A stretch of 64,000 nt of DNA, taken from an uncultured Clostridia bacterium (GTDB lineage Bacteria; Bacillota; Clostridia; Oscillospirales; Acutalibacteraceae). Location: positions 48,852 through 112,851 of the forward strand of contig CALCYI010000002.1 of the NCBI GenBank assembly GCA_937907605.1. Reading direction: 5' to 3'. Positions 30,065 to 39,845 of the stretch are shown piece after piece (the stretch's first letter is position 1; every line of letters begins with the position of its first letter). The notes below the pieces were generated by a model. It was not told the DNA's origin, ran no database searches, and saw nothing but the letters and a program-made list of their open reading frames with translations. The position numbers and the translations under genes are program-made.

Positions 30065-30400
30065 TTAGCCTTTTTTAAGCTGTCTTTCAAGCCATGCAGC
30101 CCCGAGGTCAAGCGCGGTAAACAGACCGTTTTTCTCGCTCTTTTTAATAATTCTGTCCTTGGGTGAAATAGTTTCGTCGGTTGCGATAAGCTGTACTCCG
30201 ACTAAATCGGCAATCTTGGTATTCCCTTCCTCCTTCTCGCTCTTGACGGTCAGGCAGACTACATAGGGGTCGTTAATATCGCCGTAGTAAAGGCTCTTTC
30301 CCGAGCGAACGAGGGGCTTTCCCTTGTACTCGAAGAATTCGCTCTTCTTCTCTGCTTTAGGCTCAGACTTCTTAGAAGCAGTCTTTTTTTCCTCTGCCAT
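30065..30400 (-). CDS. Hypothetical protein with Lys-rich N-terminus (111 aa)
   Basis: ORF with a good RBS context; no motif recognised. Confidence 0.45.
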   Translation of the reverse strand: MAEEKKTASKKSEPKAEKKSEFFEYKGKPLVRSGKSLYYGDINDPYVVCLTVKSEKEEGNTKIADLVGVQLIATDETISPKDRIIKKSEKNGLFTALDLGAAWLERQLKKG

Positions 30401-30424
30401 TTAAAAGTCCTCCTTTATTTTTTC

Positions 30425-30667
30425 TTATCCTAAGTAGGACTTTACCATTTCAGCAAGAAGCTCGTCTCTGTCGATACGGCGGATAAGACTTCTTGCGTTT
30501 TTATGAGTCGTTATATAGGTAGGATCCTCGGAGAGAATGTAGCCGACTATCTGGTTAATCGGGTTATAGCCCTTTTCCTGAAGCGCGTCAAAAACCTGCG
30601 TTAAGGTCTCCTTCATAACGTCGTCATTATCGTTACCGATTTTAAAAGTCATTGTCTTACCGGTCAT
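30425..30667 (-). CDS. ireB: IreB-family regulatory phosphoprotein (UPF0297)
   Basis: [38 protein letters not shown] is the family signature. Start at ATG 30667, 8 nt after GGAGGTG. Confidence 0.75.
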   Translation of the reverse strand: MTGKTMTFKIGNDNDDVMKETLTQVFDALQEKGYNPINQIVGYILSEDPTYITTHKNARSLIRRIDRDELLAEMVKSYLG

Positions 30668-30790
30668 AGTAAAGTCACCTCCATACTTCATATATTAATC
30701 CATATTAGACTTATACTCATACATTATAAACATATTTTCGAAAAAATACAATACTTTTTATTTATTTTTATTATAAAACCGTCAAAAAAC

Positions 30791-30819
30791 TTGACATTAT
30801 TTCACTTCGAGGGTATAAT
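30791..30819 (+). promoter_or_regulatory. SigA-type promoter of the pheST leader
   Basis: TTGACA, 17 nt spacer, TATAAT. Confidence 0.7.
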
Positions 30820-30825
30820 TTTTTA

Positions 30826-31075
30826 TAATGTTTAATAATTATAATGCTTTGAATCAGTATAAGTAGGTATTGTTTCGCCCTTTAAGAGAGCGCGCGGGCG
30901 GTGAAAGCGCGCAGGAGTACAATGCTGAATTTCAGCTGAGGAGCACTCTGTGAGAAACTAAGCAGAGCGTATGTACTGCGTTAAAGTATATGAGCGACAG
31001 GGGCTTTATATTACCCCTGTAATTTGAGTGGTACCACGGAAATACTTCCGCCTCATAGTGAGGCGGTTTTTTATT
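30826..31075 (+). promoter_or_regulatory. T-box riboswitch leader (Phe specifier UUC) with terminator
   Basis: AGAGA and GGTGAAAG stem I elements; UUC followed by A at 30931-30934; T-box sequence AATTTGAGTGGTACCACGG (31021-31039); terminator CCGCCTC-ATAGT-GAGGCGG plus T-run (31048-31072). The 5' end is approximate. Confidence 0.85.
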
Positions 31076-31093
31076 TATCAGGAGGAAAACACT

Positions 31094-32146
31094 ATGGACA
31101 AGATTTCGGAACTTAAAGCCCGCTTTGAGCAGGAGCTCAGCGCTATTTCCGAATTATCCGAGCTTGAGGAGGTCAGGGTTGCCTACCTCGGCAAAAAGGG
31201 CTCGGTAACCGACCTTTTAAAAGGTATGAAGGAGCTTTCAAACGAGGAGAAAAAGACCTTCGGTCAGAAGGTGAACGAGCTCAAGGGTGCGGTTGCGCAG
31301 AAGATTGCGGATAAGACCGAGCAGCTTAAGGAGGCGCAGGTGCAAAGGGAAATCGAGCTTATGCCCGAGTTTGACCTTTCCCTTCCCGCAAAGACGGCTA
31401 GGGGCTCCTATCATCCGATTACCCTCGTTCAGCGCCAGTGCGAGCAGATATTCAAATCAATGGGCTTCACCGTTGAGGATTACAGCGAGGTTGTAACGGA
31501 CTACGAATGCTTTGAGTCGGTTAATATCCCGAAGGACCACCCCGCGCGCGATATGCAGGATACCTATTATCTCACCAACGGTCAGCTTTTAAAATCCCAG
31601 ACCTCCGCGGCGCAGAACGCTATACTCAGAAAGTATAAGAAGGGGCTCGTTGAGGACGGCGTGCCGATTAAGGCAATCTTCCCTGGCCGCTGCTTCCGTA
31701 ACGAAGCTACCGACAACTGCCACGAAAATACCTTCTTCCAGATGGAAGGCATGATGGTCGACAAGGATATTTCAATCTCGAACCTCATTTACTTTATGAA
31801 AACGATGCTCTCCGAGGTTTTCCAGAGGGACATCAAGGTAAGGCTCCGTCCGGGCTTCTTCCCGTTCGTAGAGCCGGGCTTTGAGCTTGATATAAGCTGT
31901 CTTATCTGCGGTGGCGAGGGCTGCTCAAGCTGTAAGCACAGCGGCTGGCTGGAGCTTTGCCCCTGCGGAATGATTCACCCCGAGGTACTGCGTATGGGCG
32001 GTATTGACCCCGAGGAGTACACGGGCTTTGCGTTCGGTCTCGGACTCACGAGGCTCGTAATGATGAAATACGGCATAAGCGATATACGCGACCTCAACAG
32101 CGGCAGCCTCAAGGTTATGGCGCAGTTCACGGACGACGAGGAATAA
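31094..32146 (+). CDS. pheS: Phenylalanine--tRNA ligase alpha subunit
   Basis: Class II motifs (FPGRCFRNE, GFAFGLGLTRL). Start at ATG 31094 after AGGAGG; the track start 31028 would lie inside the T-box terminator. Confidence 0.92.
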   Translation: MDKISELKARFEQELSAISELSELEEVRVAYLGKKGSVTDLLKGMKELSNEEKKTFGQKVNELKGAVAQKIADKTEQLKEAQVQREIELMPEFDLSLPAKTARGSYHPITLVQRQCEQIFKSMGFTVEDYSEVVTDYECFESVNIPKDHPARDMQDTYYLTNGQLLKSQTSAAQNAILRKYKKGLVEDGVPIKAIFPGRCFRNEATDNCHENTFFQMEGMMVDKDISISNLIYFMKTMLSEVFQRDIKVRLRPGFFPFVEPGFELDISCLICGGEGCSSCKHSGWLELCPCGMIHPEVLRMGGIDPEEYTGFAFGLGLTRLVMMKYGISDIRDLNSGSLKVMAQFTDDEE

Positions 32147-32164
32147 GAAAGGAGAGTGAATTAA

Positions 32165-34525
32165 ATGTTCTTATCAATGAACTGGATTTCGGACTTCGTT
32201 GATTTAACGGGTCTTGATAAATTAAAGCTTATTAATCAGTTTTCGCTCTCCACGGCTGAGGTTGAAAACGATATATTCTTCAAGGGCTCGGACATTTCAG
32301 GCATAGTTGTCGCCGAAATCAAGAGCGTTGAGGAGCACCCCGAAAGCAAAAAGCTCCATCTCCTCAAGGTTGACGCAGGAGAAGACGGGCTCACCGACGT
32401 AGTATGCGGCGCGCCGAACGTAAGGGTAGGTATGAAAACCGCGTTTGCAAAGGTCGGCGCAAGGCTCGGCGAGATTGAAATTGCGCCCCGTCCGCTTGCG
32501 GGATATATGAGCTACGGTATGTGCTGCTCTGAAAAGGAAATCGGCATTTCCGACGACAACAGCGGCATTATGGAAATAACCGACGACGTACCTAACGGCA
32601 CAGACCTTAAGGATATCTATGAAATCGAGGATATTATCTTTGAGGTTGACAATAAGTCCCTCACCAACCGTCCTGACCTCTGGGGACATTACGGTATCGC
32701 GAGGGAATTTGCAGCGCTTGCAAACCGTCCGCTTAAGCCCGTTGACGCTATCGACTGGTCTCAGTACGATGCTCTCCCGAAGGTTGACCTTAAGATACTC
32801 GACCCGCTCTGTCAGCGCTACGCGTGTATGCAGGTTGAAAATATCAGCAGGAGCGTATCCCCCGTCAATATGAGAATACGCCTTTACTACTGCGGTATGA
32901 GGGCTATCAACTTCCTTGCCGACCTCACGAACTACCTTATGCTCGAGCTCGGTCAGCCTATGCACGCCTTTGACTCGCGCAAGGTGGGTAAAATCAGAAT
33001 CAGGCGCTACGATAAGCCGTTCACGTTTAAAACCCTCGACGGCGTTGACAGGCTCATTGACGAAAATACCCTTATGATTTGTAACGACGAAACACCCGTT
33101 GCAATCGCGGGCATTATGGGCGGTCTTGATAGCGAAATCGTTGACGATACGACCACTCTTACTCTTGAATCCGCAACCTTTGACGCGGCTTCAATCCGTA
33201 AATCCACCGTTCGTCTTTCGCACAGAACCGACGCTTCTATGAGATACGAAAAGAGCCTTGACCCCGAGCTTTGCGACCTTGCGATAGGGCGCTTCGTAAA
33301 GCTCCTTCAGGATATTGACGGCGGCGCTACGGTTGTATCAGCGCTCACCGATGAGTACGCATATCACTATCCCGAAATCAAGATTGACTTTGACAAGGCT
33401 TTCGTTGACAAGTACACGGGAATTGAAATTGATAACGGCACGATAGTTAATACTCTTAACTCCCTCGGCTTCAAGGCGAGCGAGGAGAACGATAAATTCA
33501 GCGTAACCGTACCGAGCTGGAGAGCTACCAAGGACGTTACGATGAAGGCGGACATTATCGAGGAAATTACCCGTATTTACGGCTATGACAACTTCGACAT
33601 TCACACCACGCGCTCACCCCTCTACCCCGTACGTCCCGACATTGAAAAGACGGACGAGGACAAAATCAAGGATATACTCGTAAAGAGATATTCTCTTCAC
33701 GAGCTTCACTCTTACGTATGGGCATACTACGACGAGCTCAAGGCGCTCGGAATTGAGGTTGAGGGTGAAATCAAGCTTACGGGCGCTACGAACCCGAATA
33801 TCGAAACTATCCGTAATTCAATGATTCCGACTCAACTCTGTCAGCTCAAGACGAACACGGCGTTCGCTCCCGACTTCGGCATTTTTGAAATAGGCAGAGT
33901 GGTTACGGGCATTGACGAAAACGGACTCTGCATTGAGAGGAAAAAGCTCGGTATAACGCTTTATTCAAAGGTTAAGCCGCTGCCCGTGCTCTACTTTGAG
34001 CTTAAGAATATGCTCGAGGTTATCGCGGACGACCTTAAGCACAAGGGACTCACTTTTGAAAAAGCGGAGGCTTCGCACAGCTTCCGGCACCCGAGAAATC
34101 TCAACAGGGTTATCTGCGACGGAGTTGATATCGGCGAAATCGGTATTCTTCATCCCTCGGTTGCAAAGAAAATCGACAAGAAGGCGGCAATCGCTTACGC
34201 AGAAATCGACGTGAACGCGCTCGCCGAAATCAAGAACGCTTCCATCAAATACGAGGAGCCGAGCAGGTACCCTGCAATTGAAATGGACCTCTCCTTTGTT
34301 GCTCAGAGATTCGCGCCGATTGCCATGGCTATCCGCGCTGCGGACTCCCCGCTCATCAAGAGCATTGAGGTTACCGACGTATACGAGGACGAAAACACCA
34401 AGTCGATTACGACGAGGCTGACCTTCTCCCACCCCGAAAGAACGCTTAAGCGCGAGGAGGTTCAGGAGGTTGCAGACCTCATTATAGAAACCCTCAAAAA
34501 AGACGGAATTGAATTAAAGGGATAA
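32165..34525 (+). CDS. pheT: Phenylalanine--tRNA ligase beta subunit
   Basis: N-terminal tRNA-binding domain, B3/4 and B5 domains, and a C-terminal FDX-ACB domain (ITTRLTFSHPERTL). Confidence 0.92.
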   Translation: MFLSMNWISDFVDLTGLDKLKLINQFSLSTAEVENDIFFKGSDISGIVVAEIKSVEEHPESKKLHLLKVDAGEDGLTDVVCGAPNVRVGMKTAFAKVGARLGEIEIAPRPLAGYMSYGMCCSEKEIGISDDNSGIMEITDDVPNGTDLKDIYEIEDIIFEVDNKSLTNRPDLWGHYGIAREFAALANRPLKPVDAIDWSQYDALPKVDLKILDPLCQRYACMQVENISRSVSPVNMRIRLYYCGMRAINFLADLTNYLMLELGQPMHAFDSRKVGKIRIRRYDKPFTFKTLDGVDRLIDENTLMICNDETPVAIAGIMGGLDSEIVDDTTTLTLESATFDAASIRKSTVRLSHRTDASMRYEKSLDPELCDLAIGRFVKLLQDIDGGATVVSALTDEYAYHYPEIKIDFDKAFVDKYTGIEIDNGTIVNTLNSLGFKASEENDKFSVTVPSWRATKDVTMKADIIEEITRIYGYDNFDIHTTRSPLYPVRPDIEKTDEDKIKDILVKRYSLHELHSYVWAYYDELKALGIEVEGEIKLTGATNPNIETIRNSMIPTQLCQLKTNTAFAPDFGIFEIGRVVTGIDENGLCIERKKLGITLYSKVKPLPVLYFELKNMLEVIADDLKHKGLTFEKAEASHSFRHPRNLNRVICDGVDIGEIGILHPSVAKKIDKKAAIAYAEIDVNALAEIKNASIKYEEPSRYPAIEMDLSFVAQRFAPIAMAIRAADSPLIKSIEVTDVYEDENTKSITTRLTFSHPERTLKREEVQEVADLIIETLKKDGIELKG

Positions 34526-34558
34526 AAAAAGACACGGCAATTTGCCGTGTTCTTTTTT
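34524..34558. terminator. Bidirectional rho-independent terminator
   Basis: AAAAAAAGACACGGCAA-TTTGCCGTGTTCTTTTTT. Confidence 0.75.
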
Positions 34559-34591
34559 AGGTTTAAGCTTTAAGGTTTAAGGTTTAAGGGT
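34559..34591. repeat. Tandem heptamer array (GGTTTAA-like x4.5)
   Basis: AGGTTTA AGCTTTA AGGTTTA AGGTTTA AGGG, abutting the TAG stop of the minus-strand gene at 34592. The unit is the complement of the CCTTAAA arrays. Confidence 0.7.
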
Positions 34592-35362
34592 CTACTTAGT
34601 AAGCGCAAAATCCTTTGAGGTCTTTTTCCTATCCATATGGTGATACGGAACGAACTTGAGGATTACCCAGCCGATAAAGCCGCCGACCGTATTACAAATC
34701 ATATCCTCCATTGTATCTATTAATCCATACCTTACGGGATCTCTGAAATCAATAAAATTAGGAAGTCCGATTTTGCCGCCTGTCTCCTCAATGGCCTGCA
34801 CCGCAAGGTCATATGACCAATGCTGCGCGTCTCCGGGATTCACGGGATTGAGCTGATCGGCTGTGAACTCAAAGAGCTCCCACACATTACCCGCAACGAA
34901 AGAAAAGCAGAACGCGCCGAATACGATAATCGCAACGCTTGAAAGGGCATCCCCTCTTAAAATGTCGCGCTTTTCCATCGCGGTAAAAATCTCATATCCT
35001 ATCACTGTACATGCAGCACCGCCCGCCGCGTGCATAACAATATCAAGCACGGGAGCGCTGTAATAGAAGTTAAGATATGCGCCGAAAAGGCTTCCGCCGA
35101 TAAGGCACGGCGCACTGAAGTCCTGAATATAAGCGGGTATATGGCGCAAAAAGCTCTTTTTGGGGAACAGCATAAAGATTTCCCATACAAACTGTCCAAG
35201 TAAATTGCCGAAAACCTGAAGCGCCATTTTCGCGTCCTTTCTGATTAAAAGAGCGTGAAAAAATGTCACAATAAGAACAATCCTCGCGCACCACCAAATA
35301 GCAAGCTCCCATTTTTTCGGGCTGTTTTCGCTATGTAATAATCTGTCAAAATAAGCCTTCAT
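34592..35362 (-). CDS. Integral membrane protein, function unknown
   Basis: 256-aa ORF with several hydrophobic segments; no family recognised. Confidence 0.5.
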   Translation of the reverse strand: MKAYFDRLLHSENSPKKWELAIWWCARIVLIVTFFHALLIRKDAKMALQVFGNLLGQFVWEIFMLFPKKSFLRHIPAYIQDFSAPCLIGGSLFGAYLNFYYSAPVLDIVMHAAGGAACTVIGYEIFTAMEKRDILRGDALSSVAIIVFGAFCFSFVAGNVWELFEFTADQLNPVNPGDAQHWSYDLAVQAIEETGGKIGLPNFIDFRDPVRYGLIDTMEDMICNTVGGFIGWVILKFVPYHHMDRKKTSKDFALTK

Positions 35363-35430
35363 AAATTTTCATTTCTCCTCTAAAAAACAAGGCGGCACAG
35401 ACTGTGTGCCGCCATAACTATTGGCAACTA

Positions 35431-36063
35431 TTATTCTGCTGCAGCCTCTTCCTCTATGGGCTTCTTTTCCCTTAATAAAACGAATTTTTCCATCGGGAAG
35501 AGAACGAGCATCTGTACAAAGCCTGCCGCGAGTCCCGCGATAGTCCTTGCAAGGCTGTTAAGCCACTCCCACGGAGCCTTTGCGATAATACCTACAAGCC
35601 AGCCTTGGAACCAGGTTGAGAAGAGAATGAGCGCAATCATAAGAACAATATAGATAACGAACATAATCTTCGGAGCGTCGGACTTAAAGGTGGTCTTCTT
35701 GTTCTGAATATATCCGTATATATTTGCAATAAGGTTTGAAAGGAAGAACGGAAGGAGGTAGCCCCAGGTTACGATACCGTCGGCAACGTATTTACTTATC
35801 TGCTCCTGTCCCTTAGGCGTTGCTGCGTCAAAGATAAGGTTGGGGTCAAATATTCCCTGAAGGAAGCCCCATACGCCTACCTTGAACACTTCCATGTCGA
35901 AGATAAGCGGAAGCACGTTAGCAAGAACGAGCTGAATTATTGTAACAAGTCCGCTTACTACGAGGAACTTTACAAGCTGCCAGAGGGTTTTCATAAACGA
36001 GCCCTTTTCCTCCGCGGCGCTGTCTATTCCGCCGAGTGATAACTTTTTCTTTTCATCTGCCAT
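35431..36063 (-). CDS. Membrane protein, possibly GtrA-like
   Basis: Four predicted TM segments and an N-terminal LVKFLVVSGLVTIIQLVLANVL GtrA-like helix. The assignment is weak. Confidence 0.35.
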   Translation of the reverse strand: MADEKKKLSLGGIDSAAEEKGSFMKTLWQLVKFLVVSGLVTIIQLVLANVLPLIFDMEVFKVGVWGFLQGIFDPNLIFDAATPKGQEQISKYVADGIVTWGYLLPFFLSNLIANIYGYIQNKKTTFKSDAPKIMFVIYIVLMIALILFSTWFQGWLVGIIAKAPWEWLNSLARTIAGLAAGFVQMLVLFPMEKFVLLREKKPIEEEAAAE

Positions 36064-36138
36064 AAATTTTACTCCTTTATGTATAAATTTATATTAAATT
36101 TATTATATCAGTTAATTACAATTAATGCAACTGTTAAT

Positions 36139-37785
36139 TTAGAATAAGCCTATTAAAAGAATTATTAGCTTAACAATCAGCGCAATGAGTCCGGCAAGGA
36201 TTGCAAGGATAAGCAATACAATCAATATAAGTATAATCAGAACGAGAGGTCCCTTTTTGCTTTCCTTAACGGTGTCCTTAAACTCCTTCTTTTCGAACAT
36301 CTCAGCGGGCGCGGGGTTTTCGTCGTCGAATATAGGATAGAGCGGGAGCGTAGCCTCTGCGTCGCAGTAGCCGTCGTTATAAAGGAGTGGCTCAACGAGG
36401 GAGCGTACGCTTTTTGCGCCTTTGAGGAACTTGCCAATGGGCATATGGATAGTATTAAGGAAGCTGTCGATTACGTTAAGTAAGCCGCAGGTGAGCTTAT
36501 ACTCCCTCGTCTCAGGGCTGTATGGCGAATCGCCGCAGTAGAGATTCTTAACAAGCTCAACGATAAAGTCAACAACCTTATTGTCGGCGATATCAGCAAT
36601 ATCAGATTTTGAAAGTCCGCTCTCCTTTTTGCAGAGCTTCCATATCTTTTTGAACGTGAGCTTATTGAGGAACTTGCCGACGGGCTTAATCCACCATTTG
36701 CTTTTATATACCTTCTCGCTCGGGATTGAAAAGGCGGGAGTCATCTGGGCAAGGGTGTCAATATCGTAGCCCATAGCCCATACTACCCTTCTTATCATAC
36801 CGAAGAAGAAGCCCTCCATATATTTATCAAACGGCTCGCCCTTGGTATCAACTCCCGGAACGTCGGTAATAGTTACGGTATCGACGTCAATCTTAGCGTT
36901 CTTCGGGTCAAAGGTAATATTCCTGTAATTAGGAGGACAGCCGATAAGCGCGGAGCACGCTATGTCGTAAAAACGGTTGCCCTTTTCAGTCGTGATATAG
37001 CCGATATCGTGAACGTGGGTATGTCCCGTGAGCATACAGTGAAGCCCTGCGTCCACAAAGATTTCGCGCGTTACCTCGTGATTTTTCTGCATATCGCCGC
37101 TGCCGATAATCGAATAAAACGGCGAGGGTGAAATCATCGGGTGGTGAGTCATGGCGATAACGTACTGGTCGTTCTTCTTAGCGTCCTCAAGCTGCTCCAT
37201 TATCCACGCCATACAGTCGTCGGAATAGCCCGAGCCGCCGCCGTTTTCGCCCTTTAAATTATAGTCGTCGTTGAGCGCAAAGAGCCTGTAACCCGGCGCA
37301 AGCTGTACGACGTAGCACATTGACTCCCTGTGAATCGCAATAGCCTCGTTCGGACCGAAGTCATAGTACATATCCCATAAATCAGCCCTGTCCTTAACGG
37401 CGGGAATTTCAAGCACCTTATCGCCCTCGAAACCGCGTCCGAAGCCCTCGCCCCTGTAATCGTGGGTTGCGGTGATTACGTAAACGCGCTTGCCCCTTTC
37501 CTTAAGGGAATGAAGCAGCTCAATAATACCCTCGTGGGAGGTGTATTCGCCGTTCCTCGTCGTATCGCCCGCAAGCACTACGATATCGGTTGAGGTGTCC
37601 TCGCAGAGCATATCAAACGCCTTTTTAATTACAAGGTCGCTGTCCTTGATAACCTGCTGGCTTTTTGCCTCCTCCTTTTCGTAGGCGGGACCCTCGGTAC
37701 CGTTCTTGCGCGAATAGTAGTGAACGTCGGTGATAAACTGGATTTTCAAGGGCTCGTTATCAGCACCTATGATTCTGTTTGACAT
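36139..37785 (-). CDS. Metallophosphoesterase with C-terminal membrane anchor
   Basis: DVHY, AGDTTRNG, ATHDY and GHTHVHD motifs, plus a terminal hydrophobic helix. Confidence 0.65.
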   Translation of the reverse strand: MSNRIIGADNEPLKIQFITDVHYYSRKNGTEGPAYEKEEAKSQQVIKDSDLVIKKAFDMLCEDTSTDIVVLAGDTTRNGEYTSHEGIIELLHSLKERGKRVYVITATHDYRGEGFGRGFEGDKVLEIPAVKDRADLWDMYYDFGPNEAIAIHRESMCYVVQLAPGYRLFALNDDYNLKGENGGGSGYSDDCMAWIMEQLEDAKKNDQYVIAMTHHPMISPSPFYSIIGSGDMQKNHEVTREIFVDAGLHCMLTGHTHVHDIGYITTEKGNRFYDIACSALIGCPPNYRNITFDPKNAKIDVDTVTITDVPGVDTKGEPFDKYMEGFFFGMIRRVVWAMGYDIDTLAQMTPAFSIPSEKVYKSKWWIKPVGKFLNKLTFKKIWKLCKKESGLSKSDIADIADNKVVDFIVELVKNLYCGDSPYSPETREYKLTCGLLNVIDSFLNTIHMPIGKFLKGAKSVRSLVEPLLYNDGYCDAEATLPLYPIFDDENPAPAEMFEKKEFKDTVKESKKGPLVLIILILIVLLILAILAGLIALIVKLIILLIGLF

Positions 37786-37844
37786 AAACTTTCCCCCTTA
37801 TTAAATCGGGCGCGGGTGTCCCGCCCGAAACTCTCAACTTTTAA

Positions 37845-38588
37845 TTATCTCACTTTATCCTCGTAGCCGTCGGCATACGAGCCGTATATTCTGAGCATTT
37901 CCTCAGAGAATTTACTTTCCGCGTTTTTGAGCAGTAAATCCGCTTCAACCTTTAAAAACGGCTTTGCGCCCTTTTTCCCTTCAACGAGAAACAGAAACGG
38001 CGCTTCGCCCGCTCTATCGCACACGAAGCGAAGGCGCTTAGGCTCGATTTTATACTCCCTCATAGTACTGAGCACGTCAACGAGCCTTTCGGGGCGGTGG
38101 CACATACAGAGCCTGCCGCCGTAGGTCAGCGCGTACGCCGCCGCCTTAACCGCATCCTCGACGGAGCACGTAACCTCGTGTCTTGCTATAAGCGCGCTCT
38201 CGCCGCTTGATTTTATGCCCGTATTAACGGGTTTATACGGCGGATTCATAGTTACGAGCGTAAAGCTCTCGGCGCTGAATTCCTCGTTTATTTTTCTTAA
38301 ATCGCACAGATGAGCGGTCAGCCTGTCGGAAGTTGAGTTAACTCTTTGCGACTCGTTAACCTGTGCTATCGCATTTTCCTGTATATCAAGGCAGTGGATA
38401 TTACCCTGCTCCTTATCGCGTAGCCACAAAAACGGGATAATTCCGCAGCCCGTACCCATATCAAGCGCCCTGTCCCTGTGCCTGATTTTTGCAAAATCGG
38501 CAAGCAGCACCGCGTCCGTGCCAAAGGTGTGCTCAGCGCTCACGGCGATTTTAATATCGTCGGAGAGTCTTTCAAAGGTATAACTCAT
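37845..38588 (-). CDS. tRNA (adenine-N6)-methyltransferase-like SAM-dependent methyltransferase (TrmN6/YfiC type)
   Basis: DMGTGCGIIP SAM motif and the NPPY catalytic motif. Confidence 0.65.
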   Translation of the reverse strand: MSYTFERLSDDIKIAVSAEHTFGTDAVLLADFAKIRHRDRALDMGTGCGIIPFLWLRDKEQGNIHCLDIQENAIAQVNESQRVNSTSDRLTAHLCDLRKINEEFSAESFTLVTMNPPYKPVNTGIKSSGESALIARHEVTCSVEDAVKAAAYALTYGGRLCMCHRPERLVDVLSTMREYKIEPKRLRFVCDRAGEAPFLFLVEGKKGAKPFLKVEADLLLKNAESKFSEEMLRIYGSYADGYEDKVR

Positions 38589-39253
38589 ACTATTCCCCCG
38601 TTTACTGAGAGAATCTGTCCCGTTATATACTTACTCTCGGCTAAAAACAGTACCGCCCTTGCGATTTCCTCGGGCGTTCCGAGCCTTCCGAGCGGTACCT
38701 CTCTTTCAAGCTCTGCCCTGTCAAACTGCGCGTTCATCCTCGTATCAATAATCCCGGGCGCTACGCAGTTTACGGTAATGCCCGACGGCGCAAGCTCCTT
38801 TGAGAGCGCCTTTGTAAGCCCGATAACGCCCGCCTTCGTCATTGAATAGAGCGTTTCGCACGACGCGCCGCATTCGCCCCAGATTGACGAGATATTAACT
38901 ATCGCGCCGCTGTGCTTTTTGAGCATAGAAAGCGCAGCATATTTCGAGCAGAGGTATACCGCCCTTTCGTTCACGGCGGTTACGGCTTCGTAATCCTCCT
39001 CGGTAACGTCGTTAATCATCTTGATAAGCGAAACGCCAGCGTTATTAACAAGCACGTCAATATCGCCGACCTTATCAAAAAGCGCCCTGATATCGTCGGT
39101 ATTCCTCAAATCGCATTTAATCGAATTAAAAGCATTATCCTCGGGCTGAGTTTCGTTATATGTAATATAAACCTCATAGCCGTTATATTTAAACAGCCCG
39201 GCGCAGGCTTTACCTATACCCGTTGCGCCGCCTGTTATAAGCACCTTTTTCAT
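38585..39253 (-). CDS. Short-chain dehydrogenase/reductase (SDR)
   Basis: TGGATGIGKA, NNAG and YSMTKAG (YxxxK). Confidence 0.75.
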   Translation of the reverse strand: MKKVLITGGATGIGKACAGLFKYNGYEVYITYNETQPEDNAFNSIKCDLRNTDDIRALFDKVGDIDVLVNNAGVSLIKMINDVTEEDYEAVTAVNERAVYLCSKYAALSMLKKHSGAIVNISSIWGECGASCETLYSMTKAGVIGLTKALSKELAPSGITVNCVAPGIIDTRMNAQFDRAELEREVPLGRLGTPEEIARAVLFLAESKYITGQILSVNGGIV

Positions 39254-39341
39254 TATATCACCAAGCCTATCTTATCATTTATTGTTGAAATTTTCAATAA
39301 AGTAGTATATAATTTTTATAATTAATATTATGAGGTAAGCT

Positions 39342-39845
39342 ATGGAAAGAGAATTCTATACAATCTCCGTCTATGTTGACGAAAATGAAAACCTTATAGG
39401 TATCCCCTGCGGAGATAGCGAAAAGTACGGAATTGCGGATATTGATACGGTTATGCTGCTCAAGGCGCCTTATACGGACAAAGCGCTCGAAAGCTATATC
39501 GAAAAGGTAATAAACGCCTGCTACACAAAAAAGCACAACGACAAAAGCGACGTTTCAACGATTGAAAGATATACGAAGAAAAAGGGCTTCGTAAACGCTA
39601 CGGCGGATTACACCTTAATCTCAATTGTTAAAATGCAGTCGGGCTATTCGCTTATGCCGACCTTTAACGACTTTGAAAAGGGACCGCTTGCAATTGACGA
39701 CGACGAAAGGCTGCTGCCGCTTAATTACAACGAGGGCGACATGGCTGAGATTATCAGAGGATATATTGAGGTCTACGTCAAGGCAAATATGTTCTACAAG
39801 GAAAAGGAAGAATTAGCGCGCGAAAAGGCGGAGCGGGAGAACTAA
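39342..39845 (+). CDS. Hypothetical protein (167 aa)
   Basis: ORF directly followed by the GH43 gene; no motif recognised. Confidence 0.45.
   Translation: MEREFYTISVYVDENENLIGIPCGDSEKYGIADIDTVMLLKAPYTDKALESYIEKVINACYTKKHNDKSDVSTIERYTKKKGFVNATADYTLISIVKMQSGYSLMPTFNDFEKGPLAIDDDERLLPLNYNEGDMAEIIRGYIEVYVKANMFYKEKEELAREKAEREN

Noticed and set aside
31028-31093. Track start codon for pheS at 31028.
   Set aside because: It would place the N-terminus inside the T-box sequence and terminator hairpin. ATG 31094 has an AGGAGG RBS and gives the canonical MDKISELK start.
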